Origin: an uncultured Desulfospira sp.
GTDB taxonomy: Bacteria > Desulfobacterota > Desulfobacteria > Desulfobacterales > Desulfobacteraceae
DNA length: 64,000 bases
Assembly (NCBI GenBank): GCA_963663165.1
Contig: OY760175.1
Location: 3,296,001 to 3,360,000 of the forward strand
Reading direction: 5' to 3'
In this document: piece by piece, positions 48,828-58,596 of the stretch
How the letters are laid out: every line of letters begins with the position of its first letter
Numbering within the stretch: position 1 is the stretch's first letter
Translations under genes and position numbers: made by a program
Notes under the pieces: generated by a model
Databases searched by the model: none
What the model was told of the DNA's origin: nothing
What the model saw: only the letters and a program-made list of their open reading frames with translations

Positions 48828-49436
48828 TCATCCATGGCCGATCACCGCCCTTAAAGCGGAATAGATCAGGCACCACTGCACAGGCACGGATATTAAAAGG
48901 ATGCTTAAAACCCGGGACTTTGCCAGGCCGCAGCTCTGTCTGAACCCCGTATACACCAGCCAGTATTTCCATGGCTCTGTAAACCAGAGCATAAAGGGAA
49001 GCCAGGAAATCAGCATGGTGATTCCCGAAGCGTAGGCATAAAGGGCAAACACCAAAGAAAAGCCGTTCTGCCTGCCGCTGATCATCACCATGGCGCAAAA
49101 GCCGGTGATGGAACCAATGACCACCATGCCCACCGCATTGGTAAAATAAATCAATGCCATGATCCCGGGACTCTGGGGGCCAGGCCCCGTGAGCAGGCAG
49201 GCACCGGCAAAAAAACCGCCGCACAGGGCCGCAAATCCCAGGGCAAGGCCCGGGGTATGGACGCTTGGCAGATCCTTAAAGAACAGGACCGGTTCGATGA
49301 GCAGCCGGATCACGGCATGGCTGTAAAATCTCAATGCCTGAAGTGTCCCTGATAGTCTCATTGGCTTTCTCCTTTGGTGCCGGGGCAGCTTCTGCCCCGG
49401 GCGCTGAACTGTGTTGCACATATCCATGGGCGTCAT
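48828..49436 (-). CDS. Yip1-domain membrane protein
   Basis: LLIEPVLFFK, YAYASG, about 5 TMs. Confidence 0.7.
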   Translation of the reverse strand: MTPMDMCNTVQRPGQKLPRHQRRKPMRLSGTLQALRFYSHAVIRLLIEPVLFFKDLPSVHTPGLALGFAALCGGFFAGACLLTGPGPQSPGIMALIYFTNAVGMVVIGSITGFCAMVMISGRQNGFSLVFALYAYASGITMLISWLPFMLWFTEPWKYWLVYTGFRQSCGLAKSRVLSILLISVPVQWCLIYSALRAVIGHG

Positions 49437-49570
49437 AGCAGCCGGGCCGCAATCCCTGCCCCGAGCATGACCAGTGTCATGTAAAAAAAGGCCCGCCGTT
49501 CCGCTTGTTTTGAAAAGTAAATTCTGCTGTTGGCCTTTTTAGCCGTTATGGTGCTTTTCCTGTGTCTCAT
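49433..49570 (-). CDS. Small 45-aa membrane protein (absent from ORF track)
   Basis: MRHRKSTITAKKANSRIYFSKQAERRAFFYMTLVMLGAGIAARLL; RBS GGAGAA; ATGA overlap with the next gene. Confidence 0.6.
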   Translation of the reverse strand: MRHRKSTITAKKANSRIYFSKQAERRAFFYMTLVMLGAGIAARLL

Positions 49571-49593
49571 GGGTTTCTCCTTTCAGCTTCGGG

Positions 49594-51444
49594 TCAGAAT
49601 CCGGGCAGGGTGCCAAACCCTCTGAAGGTCCAGTAAACGCCGGTGAGCAGCAGAAGCACGATGTTGGCGACAAAGAACAGAGGAATACCGGCTCTCAGGT
49701 AATCTTTGGGCTCCAGATAACCGCTGGCGTAAACAATGGCATTGGGAGGCGTGCCGATGATCAGACAGTAGGCAAAGGATGAGGCAATGGCCGTTGCCAT
49801 GGCCATGAAAGGCAGATAGTTGCTTGCCGGATGAACCATGCCGGCCATGTTCAGGGTAATGGGGCCTACGGATGCAGCTGCCGGGCCGTCCGCCATGAGG
49901 TTGGTTAAAATGGCGGTCATGCCGTTGGATACTGCCATAAGGGGCAGGCCGGAGTCAATGCCGAAGTTGGACAAAAATTCAATGGCGGTCCGGGCCAGCC
50001 AGTAGGCGGCACCCGTGTCATCCAGGGTCCGGCCGAAAATCAGGGCACCGGCATAGAGCCATACCACCCCCCAGTCCACCCTGTCCTGATAGTCACGCCA
50101 GTTGACCACGCCGGCCAGGATATAGGCGATGGCGCCGGCCACGGCAATGGTACCGATCCCCAGGCGGACCGGGTAGATGCCCATCTGGTAGAAGGCTTTT
50201 TCCGTAAACCAGCCGAACACCATGACCAGGAAGATGCAAAGGGCCCAGATCTGTTTGCTGTTCCAGCTGCCCATACGGTCGATCTCGTGGCGCAGGTGAT
50301 CCATGGCAGGGGCCAGGGTTACGGTTTTAGGCCGGAATCTGATGTTGATGATAAACCAGGTGACCGGGATCATGATGAACAGAAAGGGGAAACAGTAGGT
50401 GACCCACTGGAAATATCCGATATCAACGCCGAACATGTCGGTCAGATAGGTGATCATGATAACGTTTCTGGCACCGCCGGAAGGCGCACCGGGTCCGCCG
50501 ATGTTACAGGCCATGGCAATGGAGATCATTAACAGTTTGGCCAGCTCCTTGTCTTCGGGGACCTCGTCGGTCAGACTGTTCTGGTAGAGCAGCATGCCGA
50601 TGGGCAGGAACATGGCGGCCAGGGCATGATCCGAAATAAAGGCGGCCAGGGGGGTGATGATGATAAAGAAGACCAGGGTGATCATCTTGGGATTGGGCAC
50701 GGCCATGCGTTTGAACATCATCATGCAGACCCGCTTGTCCACCCCGGTTTTAACAAAGGCGGCGGCAAACATCAAAGAACCCATGATGAACCAGCAGGCA
50801 TCCCCCCAGTAAAGCATGGCCACCTGGCTGTAGCTGGTGACGCCGGTGAACACCACAATCAGGCCGATGCAGAAGGCCACCGCCGGCAGGGGGATACATT
50901 CGGTAAGAAAGCATAACACCACAAAAACACCCATGGCAACGGACACTTTAATCTTCCATGCCCCGTCGTCGGCCGACGCTTTGTCTTTGTCCTTGAGGTC
51001 CTCATATTTAAGCCCGGATTTTCTTAACTCCAGGGCCTTTTTCATCAGGGCCTGGAAATCATCGTCATTATAGCTGGCGTTGATAAACGCCTGGGCTTTT
51101 TCAAGGTTGGCTTTTTGAGCCGCAATTTTATATTTCTTGCACCACTTGGCATCCCGTTTCAGGAACCGGTCTTTGCTCAAAGCGCCGATGCGCATGTTCT
51201 GTTCCATAATCTGGGTGCATAACAGCTGCCATTGCTGAGCATCCTCGGATTTGACCGAGAACAGCTCGTTTGAAAGATAGGACAGCACCTTAGGGGTGGC
51301 CACCGTGTATTCCATCCCCACATCCTTCATGCCGTACGGGGTTGGCATAAAGAGTACCGCAAAAAACAGCACCACTGGAATGATAAAAATTTTCCAGTCT
51401 ATATATTTGTCATACCCGGTGACTTTCTTTTTCTCTTGTTTCAT
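49594..51444 (-). CDS. SLC13/DASS-family anion permease with soluble N-terminal insertion
   Basis: TECIPL, GGPGAPSGGARN, IGTPPNAIVY. Confidence 0.9.
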   Translation of the reverse strand: MKQEKKKVTGYDKYIDWKIFIIPVVLFFAVLFMPTPYGMKDVGMEYTVATPKVLSYLSNELFSVKSEDAQQWQLLCTQIMEQNMRIGALSKDRFLKRDAKWCKKYKIAAQKANLEKAQAFINASYNDDDFQALMKKALELRKSGLKYEDLKDKDKASADDGAWKIKVSVAMGVFVVLCFLTECIPLPAVAFCIGLIVVFTGVTSYSQVAMLYWGDACWFIMGSLMFAAAFVKTGVDKRVCMMMFKRMAVPNPKMITLVFFIIITPLAAFISDHALAAMFLPIGMLLYQNSLTDEVPEDKELAKLLMISIAMACNIGGPGAPSGGARNVIMITYLTDMFGVDIGYFQWVTYCFPFLFIMIPVTWFIINIRFRPKTVTLAPAMDHLRHEIDRMGSWNSKQIWALCIFLVMVFGWFTEKAFYQMGIYPVRLGIGTIAVAGAIAYILAGVVNWRDYQDRVDWGVVWLYAGALIFGRTLDDTGAAYWLARTAIEFLSNFGIDSGLPLMAVSNGMTAILTNLMADGPAAASVGPITLNMAGMVHPASNYLPFMAMATAIASSFAYCLIIGTPPNAIVYASGYLEPKDYLRAGIPLFFVANIVLLLLTGVYWTFRGFGTLPGF

Positions 51445-51467
51445 TCAATCCACTCCTTGTCTACGAA

Positions 51468-51920
51468 TTATTCACGACCCTCTTTGAGGATTTCCCTGGG
51501 AGATTTCAGATACTGTCTGGCCTGGGCTGACCGGATTTTTTCTTCCTGGTTCATCCGCTTTCCAAAGGCCTGTTCCGCTTTTTCAATAATATCCTCGATA
51601 TCAGCAGGCTTCATCAGATAGTCAAAGGCCCCTGACTTGAGACCGTCTATGGCTGAATCCACTGTGGCATGGCCCGTGAGCATGATCACTTCCGTAAGGG
51701 GATACAGCTCTTTGATATGCTTTAAGGTTTCATTGCCGTCCATCCCGGGCATTTTAACATCCAGGACCACCACGTGGGTGGTGTGGGTCGCCATAAGTTC
51801 AAGCGCCTTTGCTCCGCTGTTGGCCGTAAGGGTGTGATACCCTTTTTTGTTCATCAGTTTACTGGTGGTCTCAAGGTACCGTTCTTCGTCATCCACCAGT
51901 AAGAGTTTCATTTTCTCCAT
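51468..51920 (-). CDS. Single-domain response regulator
   Basis: LLLVDDE, LDVKMPGMDG, YLMKP. Confidence 0.92.
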   Translation of the reverse strand: MEKMKLLLVDDEERYLETTSKLMNKKGYHTLTANSGAKALELMATHTTHVVVLDVKMPGMDGNETLKHIKELYPLTEVIMLTGHATVDSAIDGLKSGAFDYLMKPADIEDIIEKAEQAFGKRMNQEEKIRSAQARQYLKSPREILKEGRE

Positions 51921-52056
51921 GCATTGGCCTCCTTTGTTGGGTTGGGTGAAAGCATCACCCGTTTAATGTGATTTTTTCATACCGCACGGTATGGTGGGCA
52001 ATTTGGTTTTTCATGATCCAGCCGGCCCTGTTCTGCCCTTCAGGGGCTGGCCGGTT

Positions 52057-53766
52057 TTAAGTTCCATGGGCTGCCAGCCGGATTGAAAACACGGTCCCAA
52101 GGCCTGGCTGGCTGTCCACGGCCATGGTCCCGCCAAAGCTTTCAATGATGCCGAAACAGACCGAAAGCCCAAGCCCGGTTCCCTTTCCGACGGCTTTTGT
52201 TGTAAAAAAAGGACTGAAAATTTTATTCATGTGGCCGGGATCAATCCCGCACCCGTTGTCTTTGACCTGGATGTCCACCATGGTCCTGTCTTTTTCCTGA
52301 TCAGGCCGGGCCGTGATTTCAATTTTCCCGCCGCTGGCCCCATGCTGCCGGGACACGGCATCCATGGCATTGTTGATCAGGTTGAGCATGACCTGCTGGA
52401 ACCGGCCGGGATCACCCGTAAACGACGGGGTGTCCTCGGCAATGCGGGTGACCAGTTCAATGCCGTTGGCCTTTGCAGAGTTTCCAACCAGCTTGAGAAT
52501 GTCAGGGATCACCACGGCAGGGGACAGGGCGGTCTGTTTGACCTCTTTTTTCCGGCCGAATTTCAAAATAGAAGAGGTAATTCCGTGGCAGCGCTCCACC
52601 TGGCAGTGAATCTGATCCACGCTTTCCTCTATATCCGCCATGGTCTTGGGATCTGGCTTGCCGCCGTCCCCAGGGCACAGTTCCTCTAAAAGAATCTTGA
52701 GCATGGCGTATTCGCTTTTGATAATCTGAAGGGGATTGTTGATCTCATGGGCAAAGCCTGCGGCCATTTCTCCGATTTCCGCCAGCTGCACGGCCCGGAT
52801 CAGCTGGCTTCCGAGCTGTTCCTTTTCCTTATCCAGGCGGGCCATGCGGCGGATAATGGCCTCTGTGGTGAAATAGGCCAGAACCACCAGGGCGGCCAGC
52901 CCGAACACGGCAATGGTCACACAGATCAGGACTGCGGAATAAAGGGACCGGTAAGCATCATGTTTTTCCTGGCGGACCACCAGGTACCAGGATTTTCCGG
53001 AAAGTCGGGATACGGCATAAATAAAGGGCTGGCCTTTGGGGGACAGTTGGAAGGTATGCGGATTGGAGGAAAATTGATTTACCATCCACCCAAAGGCCGG
53101 ATCTTTGTCAAGAAGGGCGATGTCCCCGGACCGCCGGGCGGTCTGGGCCACGCCTTCGTGGTTCAGGATATAGGCTTCCCCGGTTTTTCCCATGCGCACC
53201 CCGGAGACCATGGCATCAAAAAACACGGTATCAATGGTGGCCCGAAGCACCCAGGTCCGGTTGTTCTCAAACTTGCGCACCGCCACCACAAAGTGGGGGA
53301 TATTCCGGTACCCTAAAAATACATCGCTGATATAAAACCCCTGGGCCATGGTATTTTGAAACCAGGGTTCTGCGGTGTAACGCTTGCCGGCCAGGGCATA
53401 AGTACCTGAATATTTTAAATGATTGCCCTTATCATCAAAGAGCCCCAAATCCACAAAGGCCTCAGAGCGTTCCTGAATGCTCAAAAAGATGGCATCAATG
53501 GCGCCCGGGGCATTGATATCTTCAAAGCAATACACCCGGGTCATCAGCTCAAGGTCGGCTTTTCTTTCGAGCAGGAAGGATTCAATCATCCGGCGATGGT
53601 CTGTCAGTGTTCTTTCAAGGCTGATCTGGGTGGATTTATCCAGGGTTGAGGAAAAAAAATAAAAACTGACGCCCACAACAAGGATAAAGGGGATCATGGG
53701 GAAAAAGGTCATGTTCAGGAAGATAATTCTTTTGAGCCCTTGTCTGTTTTGTTTTGTTTTACCCAA
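52057..53766 (-). CDS. Cache-domain sensor histidine kinase
   Basis: YISDVFLGYRNIPHF; AHEINNPL; GTGLGL; start TTG 53766 after AAAGGA. Confidence 0.9.
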   Translation of the reverse strand: MGKTKQNRQGLKRIIFLNMTFFPMIPFILVVGVSFYFFSSTLDKSTQISLERTLTDHRRMIESFLLERKADLELMTRVYCFEDINAPGAIDAIFLSIQERSEAFVDLGLFDDKGNHLKYSGTYALAGKRYTAEPWFQNTMAQGFYISDVFLGYRNIPHFVVAVRKFENNRTWVLRATIDTVFFDAMVSGVRMGKTGEAYILNHEGVAQTARRSGDIALLDKDPAFGWMVNQFSSNPHTFQLSPKGQPFIYAVSRLSGKSWYLVVRQEKHDAYRSLYSAVLICVTIAVFGLAALVVLAYFTTEAIIRRMARLDKEKEQLGSQLIRAVQLAEIGEMAAGFAHEINNPLQIIKSEYAMLKILLEELCPGDGGKPDPKTMADIEESVDQIHCQVERCHGITSSILKFGRKKEVKQTALSPAVVIPDILKLVGNSAKANGIELVTRIAEDTPSFTGDPGRFQQVMLNLINNAMDAVSRQHGASGGKIEITARPDQEKDRTMVDIQVKDNGCGIDPGHMNKIFSPFFTTKAVGKGTGLGLSVCFGIIESFGGTMAVDSQPGLGTVFSIRLAAHGT

Positions 53767-53834
53767 GGTTATGTCCTTTTTAGCGGTTAGCGGATAGCTT
53801 ACGGCTGTTGGTTCGTTTACCTGACTGGGGATAG

Positions 53835-53998
53835 AGCAACTATGGTGCCCGGGGTGTACCACACGACAAGAAATTATTTAAACGATTGAAATAAAAGAAT
53901 AAAATAATACAGCCCCCCTTGAAGAAGGGCAGGGTTTCCAGAGGGGATTGCGGCCGGACGCCGTCCAGGTGTTTGTCAAACTGTAAAAAGGTATGACA
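53835..53998 (-). promoter_or_regulatory. Sigma-54 promoter with enhancer-like motif
   Basis: GGGCAC-CATAG-TTGCT (53850-53835); TGTCATACCTTTTTACAGT (53998-53980). Confidence 0.7.
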
Positions 53999-54180
53999 CC
54001 TGTGTCGGGGTCAAATCAGGGCAATGGCATGCACCTGCTGACGGTTTGATAAGACGGTAGGGATCAATGTATGGAAAGGCGGCCGAAAACGGAAGGAAGG
54101 AAGAAAGGAAGCTGGCAACGGGAGACCGGATTTTGCCAATTCCTAAGCGTTGTGCATCCGGTCTCCGGTTCTCTTGGATT

Positions 54181-54360
54181 TATATGAAAGTCTCACTAAC
54201 AGGCTGAAAAGACTTTCATTTTTCGTTGTGGACGGTGCTTGGTTGGATAACCCAAGCCGTCCGTGACGGTTATATGAAAGTCTCACTAACAAGCCGAAAA
54301 GACTTTCATTTTTCGTTGTGGGCGGTGCTTGGTTGGATAATCCAAGCCGTCCGTGACGGT
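54181..54360. repeat. Two tandem copies of the 90-bp structured repeat
   Basis: Units 54181-54270 and 54271-54360 nearly identical. Confidence 0.92.
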
Positions 54361-56012
54361 TAAAGAAAAACCATCCGTCTCTTTTCAAGCTCATCCAGAT
54401 TACGGCGAAGGCTGGCGATATAGTTCGCTTTTTTGACGGATTCAGGAACTTGTGACAGTTTTTCCATCTCTTTGGTGATCACCCGGTCGGCCTCTATGCG
54501 GCATCGCTCATAATGGGCTTCGGGCTGGCTGAAAAATCCGTACTTCTCTCGTTGTTCAATGGTAAATTCAACAGAGGAATAGATCATTTCCACGATCTGC
54601 TTTTTTTCCATTAAGGCTGTTTCATAATTCAACCACTGATGCCATGACGGCTCAGACAGTCCCCGGACATATTCTTCCAGGTTCTTATATAAAAGCCTGT
54701 ACCCGTATTTTCCGGGTGAATCAAACGCCTGCGAACCAGGGTCCAGAACGATTGGGCCCAATATCTGTCCGCCAATGGGAACGTTTTCCTCAATGGCATG
54801 AAACTCCCCTTTGGAGAAGGCCTCATGCTCCATCTGATCAAGTTGCCGCCACAGGTCCCAGGTTTTTTTCGCGTCCATCTCTGACTCATCGGCAAGCCCG
54901 ACGGAAAAGAAGTTGGTGACCGGGATCCGGTATTCGTGACAGATCTTTATGGTATGGATAACCTGGTCGTTGGTATACCCCCTGCCCAGGCGCTTTCGAA
55001 CCTTGTCTGATCCCGTATTGGGGCAGAAATGGAGGATAATGTTGTGGGCAACCCCTCTGATTTCCCTGATATAATCTTCATCCACAGGGGCCAGGATATC
55101 CAGGGACAACCGGTCCAGAACCGGTCTTTCCCTCTTGAGGGCTGCCACCAGTTCCTGCCAGTATGCGCGCCCTGCCATCCGGGGATCCTGGAACAGCCCG
55201 ATAAACGTAATGCCCTGGTCGTTCAGCTTTTTCATGTCGGCTGCAATCTTCCCGGGACTCCTGAACGACGGTTTTGCCATATTGAGATATTTTTTATAGG
55301 TGTAGGCGGAACCGCCGCAGATGGAGCAGTTGTGAACACACCCCCTGCAGACTTCAAGACTGTAGCGGCTCACGGAGTCCGCCGGGTAGACAGAGGTTTT
55401 GGGATCGAGAAGATCAAACCGGGTATATTCAAACTCATCCAGATCAACACTGGCCGGCATCAGGGGGGTCACGTGGACCTTTCCGTGAGAATCCCGGCAG
55501 GTCAGGTTCGGTGTGACGCCGAGTTGTCCGGTTTTTTCATAAGCCCGGACCATCCGGAGAAATGGCTTTTCAGCCTCCGCCCTGATCACCGCGTCAATGA
55601 ATTCATATTTTTCAATTATCTCATCATGAAACCGGGTTGCTGTCAGCCCGCCAACCACGACAACGGCATTTGGGTGATGTTTTTTGCACAGCCGGGCAAT
55701 CTCCAGCGCGCCCTGGGAATGCTGCTGAAAGTGCAGGCTGATCCCAAAGATGCCGGCCTCGGATTCCCGGATGTGCCGGTCGACATCAAAATCAGGCGAA
55801 TTGATCATACGGTCACCGAGATTATCCAGCACAACCCTGTAACCGTGCCGGTCCAGATACTCGGCAATGCTCAGCATGCCAATGGGCACCTTACTGAATT
55901 GGAGCCCTTCCACGGTTCGGCCCAACATTCCGGGAAACATTGGCCGGGATCTGAAATCGTAAATTGCCGGAGGATGAAAGAGAATGATATCGTATTTACT
56001 CATCGGGTCCAT
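54360..56012 (-). CDS. B12-binding domain / radical SAM protein
   Basis: DIILFHPPAIYDFR; PIGMLSIAEYL; VVGGLTAT; CVHNCSIC (CxxxCxxC). Confidence 0.9.
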   Translation of the reverse strand: MDPMSKYDIILFHPPAIYDFRSRPMFPGMLGRTVEGLQFSKVPIGMLSIAEYLDRHGYRVVLDNLGDRMINSPDFDVDRHIRESEAGIFGISLHFQQHSQGALEIARLCKKHHPNAVVVVGGLTATRFHDEIIEKYEFIDAVIRAEAEKPFLRMVRAYEKTGQLGVTPNLTCRDSHGKVHVTPLMPASVDLDEFEYTRFDLLDPKTSVYPADSVSRYSLEVCRGCVHNCSICGGSAYTYKKYLNMAKPSFRSPGKIAADMKKLNDQGITFIGLFQDPRMAGRAYWQELVAALKRERPVLDRLSLDILAPVDEDYIREIRGVAHNIILHFCPNTGSDKVRKRLGRGYTNDQVIHTIKICHEYRIPVTNFFSVGLADESEMDAKKTWDLWRQLDQMEHEAFSKGEFHAIEENVPIGGQILGPIVLDPGSQAFDSPGKYGYRLLYKNLEEYVRGLSEPSWHQWLNYETALMEKKQIVEMIYSSVEFTIEQREKYGFFSQPEAHYERCRIEADRVITKEMEKLSQVPESVKKANYIASLRRNLDELEKRRMVFL

Positions 56013-56200
56013 AGCTCCTGTTAAAATAGTGGCCTGTATAGGACAGGCAAATACGCTTTGTCAAGTATTTTGGAAACCGATTGTTTTCAAGGGATGACAC
56101 CGGCAGCCGCGAAATTTTAAGGTTGAAAAAAGCCCGTGACTTGCTTATGAATTGATTATCCTTTAATAATATCAAAACCCCATACATCAAAAGGAGCCCC

Positions 56201-57304
56201 ATGCTAGTCTCTTTAATTGTCGCGGCAGGTGTCATTGTCCTGATCATTGTCCTGGTTGTTCGCGGGCTGAACCGGCCTGACGATCGCACCATGGCGCCTT
56301 TTGAGCCGGCATCACCGGATTTGTCCCCATCCGCCCCCATGGACGACCTGGAATCAGAACTGCTGTCGGCCGGCCGTCAGCGCCGCCCTGAATTTGAATA
56401 CACGCCCCTGCCTGAACGCATTGGCCTTTATGAAGGGGATGACCTGTCAGGGGAACTGCTTGATACCATACAGAAAAAGCTGAAAACCCTGACCCCGCCC
56501 ACATCAGCTGCCTTTAAAATCTTAAAGCTCCTTGACAATCCCAATGTAAAAAACGAAGAGATCGCATCTGTGGTGTCCACTGACCCGGTCTTTTCCGCAA
56601 ATGTCTTAAAAGTGGTTAATTCAGCCTATTACAGCCTGCCCAATAAGGTCAGTTCCGTGGGGTCGGCCATCCTTTTTATGGGATACAATACCTTCAAGGT
56701 CATGGTCATGCAGCATAATTTAAAGGATGCCCTGCCCAAAACCCAGAATGCCCGGCAAAAAAAAGAGTACAATGACCTGTGGCTTCACTCCACCGTGGTT
56801 TCGGCCTGCGCCTATTACCTGGGCAAAAAAATTTTTCATCAGTATGAGCAGGAATTGGGCACTATCGGGCTGCTCCATGATATCGGCAAGTACTATCTGC
56901 CCTTGTTTGAAAAAAAGGCCGGGGCCCCGGATCACCCCCTGTCCTGTGTTGAGGAAGACCTTGCCTACGGGGTCAACCACGGGGTTTTAGGCGGCTATAT
57001 GGCCAGGGAATGGAACCTTCCGGAAATGATCGCCAACGCGGTTCATTACCATCACTATCCCCAGTTTTTCACCCCGGACAAAATTCCCAATGAATACCGC
57101 CAGATCAGTTTTATCACCAGTCTTGCCAACCTGGTGTGCAAAGCTTACGGCTATTACGGAAAAGGGGAGCAGATCTCTCCTATTCTTGAAGACTACTTTG
57201 AGCTTTACGAGATAGATCCGGACTTAAACGGCATCTTTTCCAAAGACCTTGAAAAAGAGCTTGAAAAGGCCCGGTATGCCGTAGAAGTGTTTATGAACGA
57301 ATGA
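56201..57304 (+). CDS. Membrane-anchored HDOD-domain protein
   Basis: DPVFSANVLKVVNSAYY, LWLHS, GLLHDIGK, WNLP. Confidence 0.92.
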   Translation: MLVSLIVAAGVIVLIIVLVVRGLNRPDDRTMAPFEPASPDLSPSAPMDDLESELLSAGRQRRPEFEYTPLPERIGLYEGDDLSGELLDTIQKKLKTLTPPTSAAFKILKLLDNPNVKNEEIASVVSTDPVFSANVLKVVNSAYYSLPNKVSSVGSAILFMGYNTFKVMVMQHNLKDALPKTQNARQKKEYNDLWLHSTVVSACAYYLGKKIFHQYEQELGTIGLLHDIGKYYLPLFEKKAGAPDHPLSCVEEDLAYGVNHGVLGGYMAREWNLPEMIANAVHYHHYPQFFTPDKIPNEYRQISFITSLANLVCKAYGYYGKGEQISPILEDYFELYEIDPDLNGIFSKDLEKELEKARYAVEVFMNE

Positions 57305-57345
57305 AAGGAATTTTGCCCGGCGTACAGCGTTAAGTTCACACCAGA

Positions 57346-57386
57346 TCCAAGACCCCGTTGATATGAAGAATCAACGGGGTCTTGAA
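57346..57386 (+). terminator. Hairpin terminator after HDOD gene
   Basis: CAAGACCCCGTTGAT...ATCAACGGGGTCTTG. Confidence 0.65.
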
Positions 57387-57578
57387 TTTTAAATTTTTGC
57401 CCCAACTAGGAAAAATTTTTCATATATTTATGAAATTAAGGTTCGAACTTTATTACCTTTTTTACATAATCCCATTGTTGTATCCGGGTTTTTCCTCTCC
57501 CATAAAATCCCATTTATATAAAAAATTGTTTTAAATTCGAAATATTTATAATATAACTGCTGTAATTCTTTATATCTT

Positions 57579-57594
57579 TGGCACCAATCATGCT
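57579..57594 (+). promoter_or_regulatory. Sigma-54 promoter of the first PEP-CTERM gene
   Basis: TGGCAC-CAATC-ATGCT (GG-N10-GC). Confidence 0.7.
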
Positions 57595-57690
57595 TAAACA
57601 AATATATTGAAAACGATTTTGGGACTTAACATAGCCATTTGAAACCAACAAAAAACCGGTTAAGCACCAAATTAAAAAGGACACAACATA

Positions 57691-58440
57691 ATGAAACATA
57701 TTTTATTCGGTCTGACGCTGATTGCTGGAATTCTCGGTTTATGGGGACTTTCCTTTGCCGCTTCCTATTCCGGGATTATCTATGACACCCCGGGCGCCAA
57801 TGATATCTATGGAAACCCCGATACCTATGACGTCTATGCAATGACGGTGGATTATTACAGTGACGGGGATCAAAACTATTTGAAAGTGGTGATACTCACC
57901 GATTATGATACTTCAAAAGATTCTCAAACAACCTATGGTGATTTATTTATCAGTATTGACGGCAATAACGGCTGGGATTATGCCTTTGATGTAAGCGACT
58001 CAACGCTTTACAACATCAGCAGTGCTTCAGACCAATACATCCTCACCGCCAATGAATACTCTGACCAGTACAAATACAATTGGGACACAGCGGGGTATAG
58101 ACCCGATGCGGTGGTTTTGGTGGTCCCTGATCCCGACGGCGATGGTGGCATTTCCCCCCTGGTGAGTATCAGTGATGACTCCGACGGATCAACAGTGGTT
58201 CATGCGTCGGCGACAAACAGCACCCTCTATCAATACACCTATACCATGACAATCAACGTGACCGGTGTGGATGAATTTAATCCGGATAATTTCGACCCGA
58301 CCCAGCTTTACCTGTACTGGACCATGACCTGCGGCAATGATATCATTGAAGGCACCCCCGAAGCCGTTCCGGTACCGGCCAGTATCAGCCTTTTGGCATT
58401 AGGCTTAGCCCTGGTCATAAGCCGCAGGAGAAGCTTCTAA
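57691..58440 (+). CDS. PEP-CTERM/VPxP-CTERM exosortase-target surface protein
   Basis: Signal peptide; Asp/Tyr/Thr-rich; WTMTCGND; VPVPAS-TM-RRRSF. Confidence 0.9.
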   Translation: MKHILFGLTLIAGILGLWGLSFAASYSGIIYDTPGANDIYGNPDTYDVYAMTVDYYSDGDQNYLKVVILTDYDTSKDSQTTYGDLFISIDGNNGWDYAFDVSDSTLYNISSASDQYILTANEYSDQYKYNWDTAGYRPDAVVLVVPDPDGDGGISPLVSISDDSDGSTVVHASATNSTLYQYTYTMTINVTGVDEFNPDNFDPTQLYLYWTMTCGNDIIEGTPEAVPVPASISLLALGLALVISRRRSF

Positions 58441-58466
58441 ACGCCGCATACCCCCTTTTATCGCTT

Positions 58467-58504
58467 AAGGCAGCGCCTTTTTAAAGGGCGCTGCCTTTTT
58501 TTTT
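58467..58504 (+). terminator. Intrinsic terminator
   Basis: AAGGCAGCGCC...GGCGCTGCCTT followed by a T run. Confidence 0.85.
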
Positions 58505-58596
58505 GAAACATTAAATATCCGGGCTGACGCCCGTGTTTGGGCGAAAATTTGGCCAGGCATTGACATATTGGCCCTCAAATCCTAATACTTGACATT

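Noticed and set aside
54181..54360. Tandem 90-bp repeats as a CRISPR array (also 61194-61374)
   Set aside because: Whole units repeat with no unique spacers, only two units per locus, and no cas genes in the window
54143..54394. 83-aa ORF with a duplicated peptide
   Set aside because: Translation of the tandem 90-bp repeat
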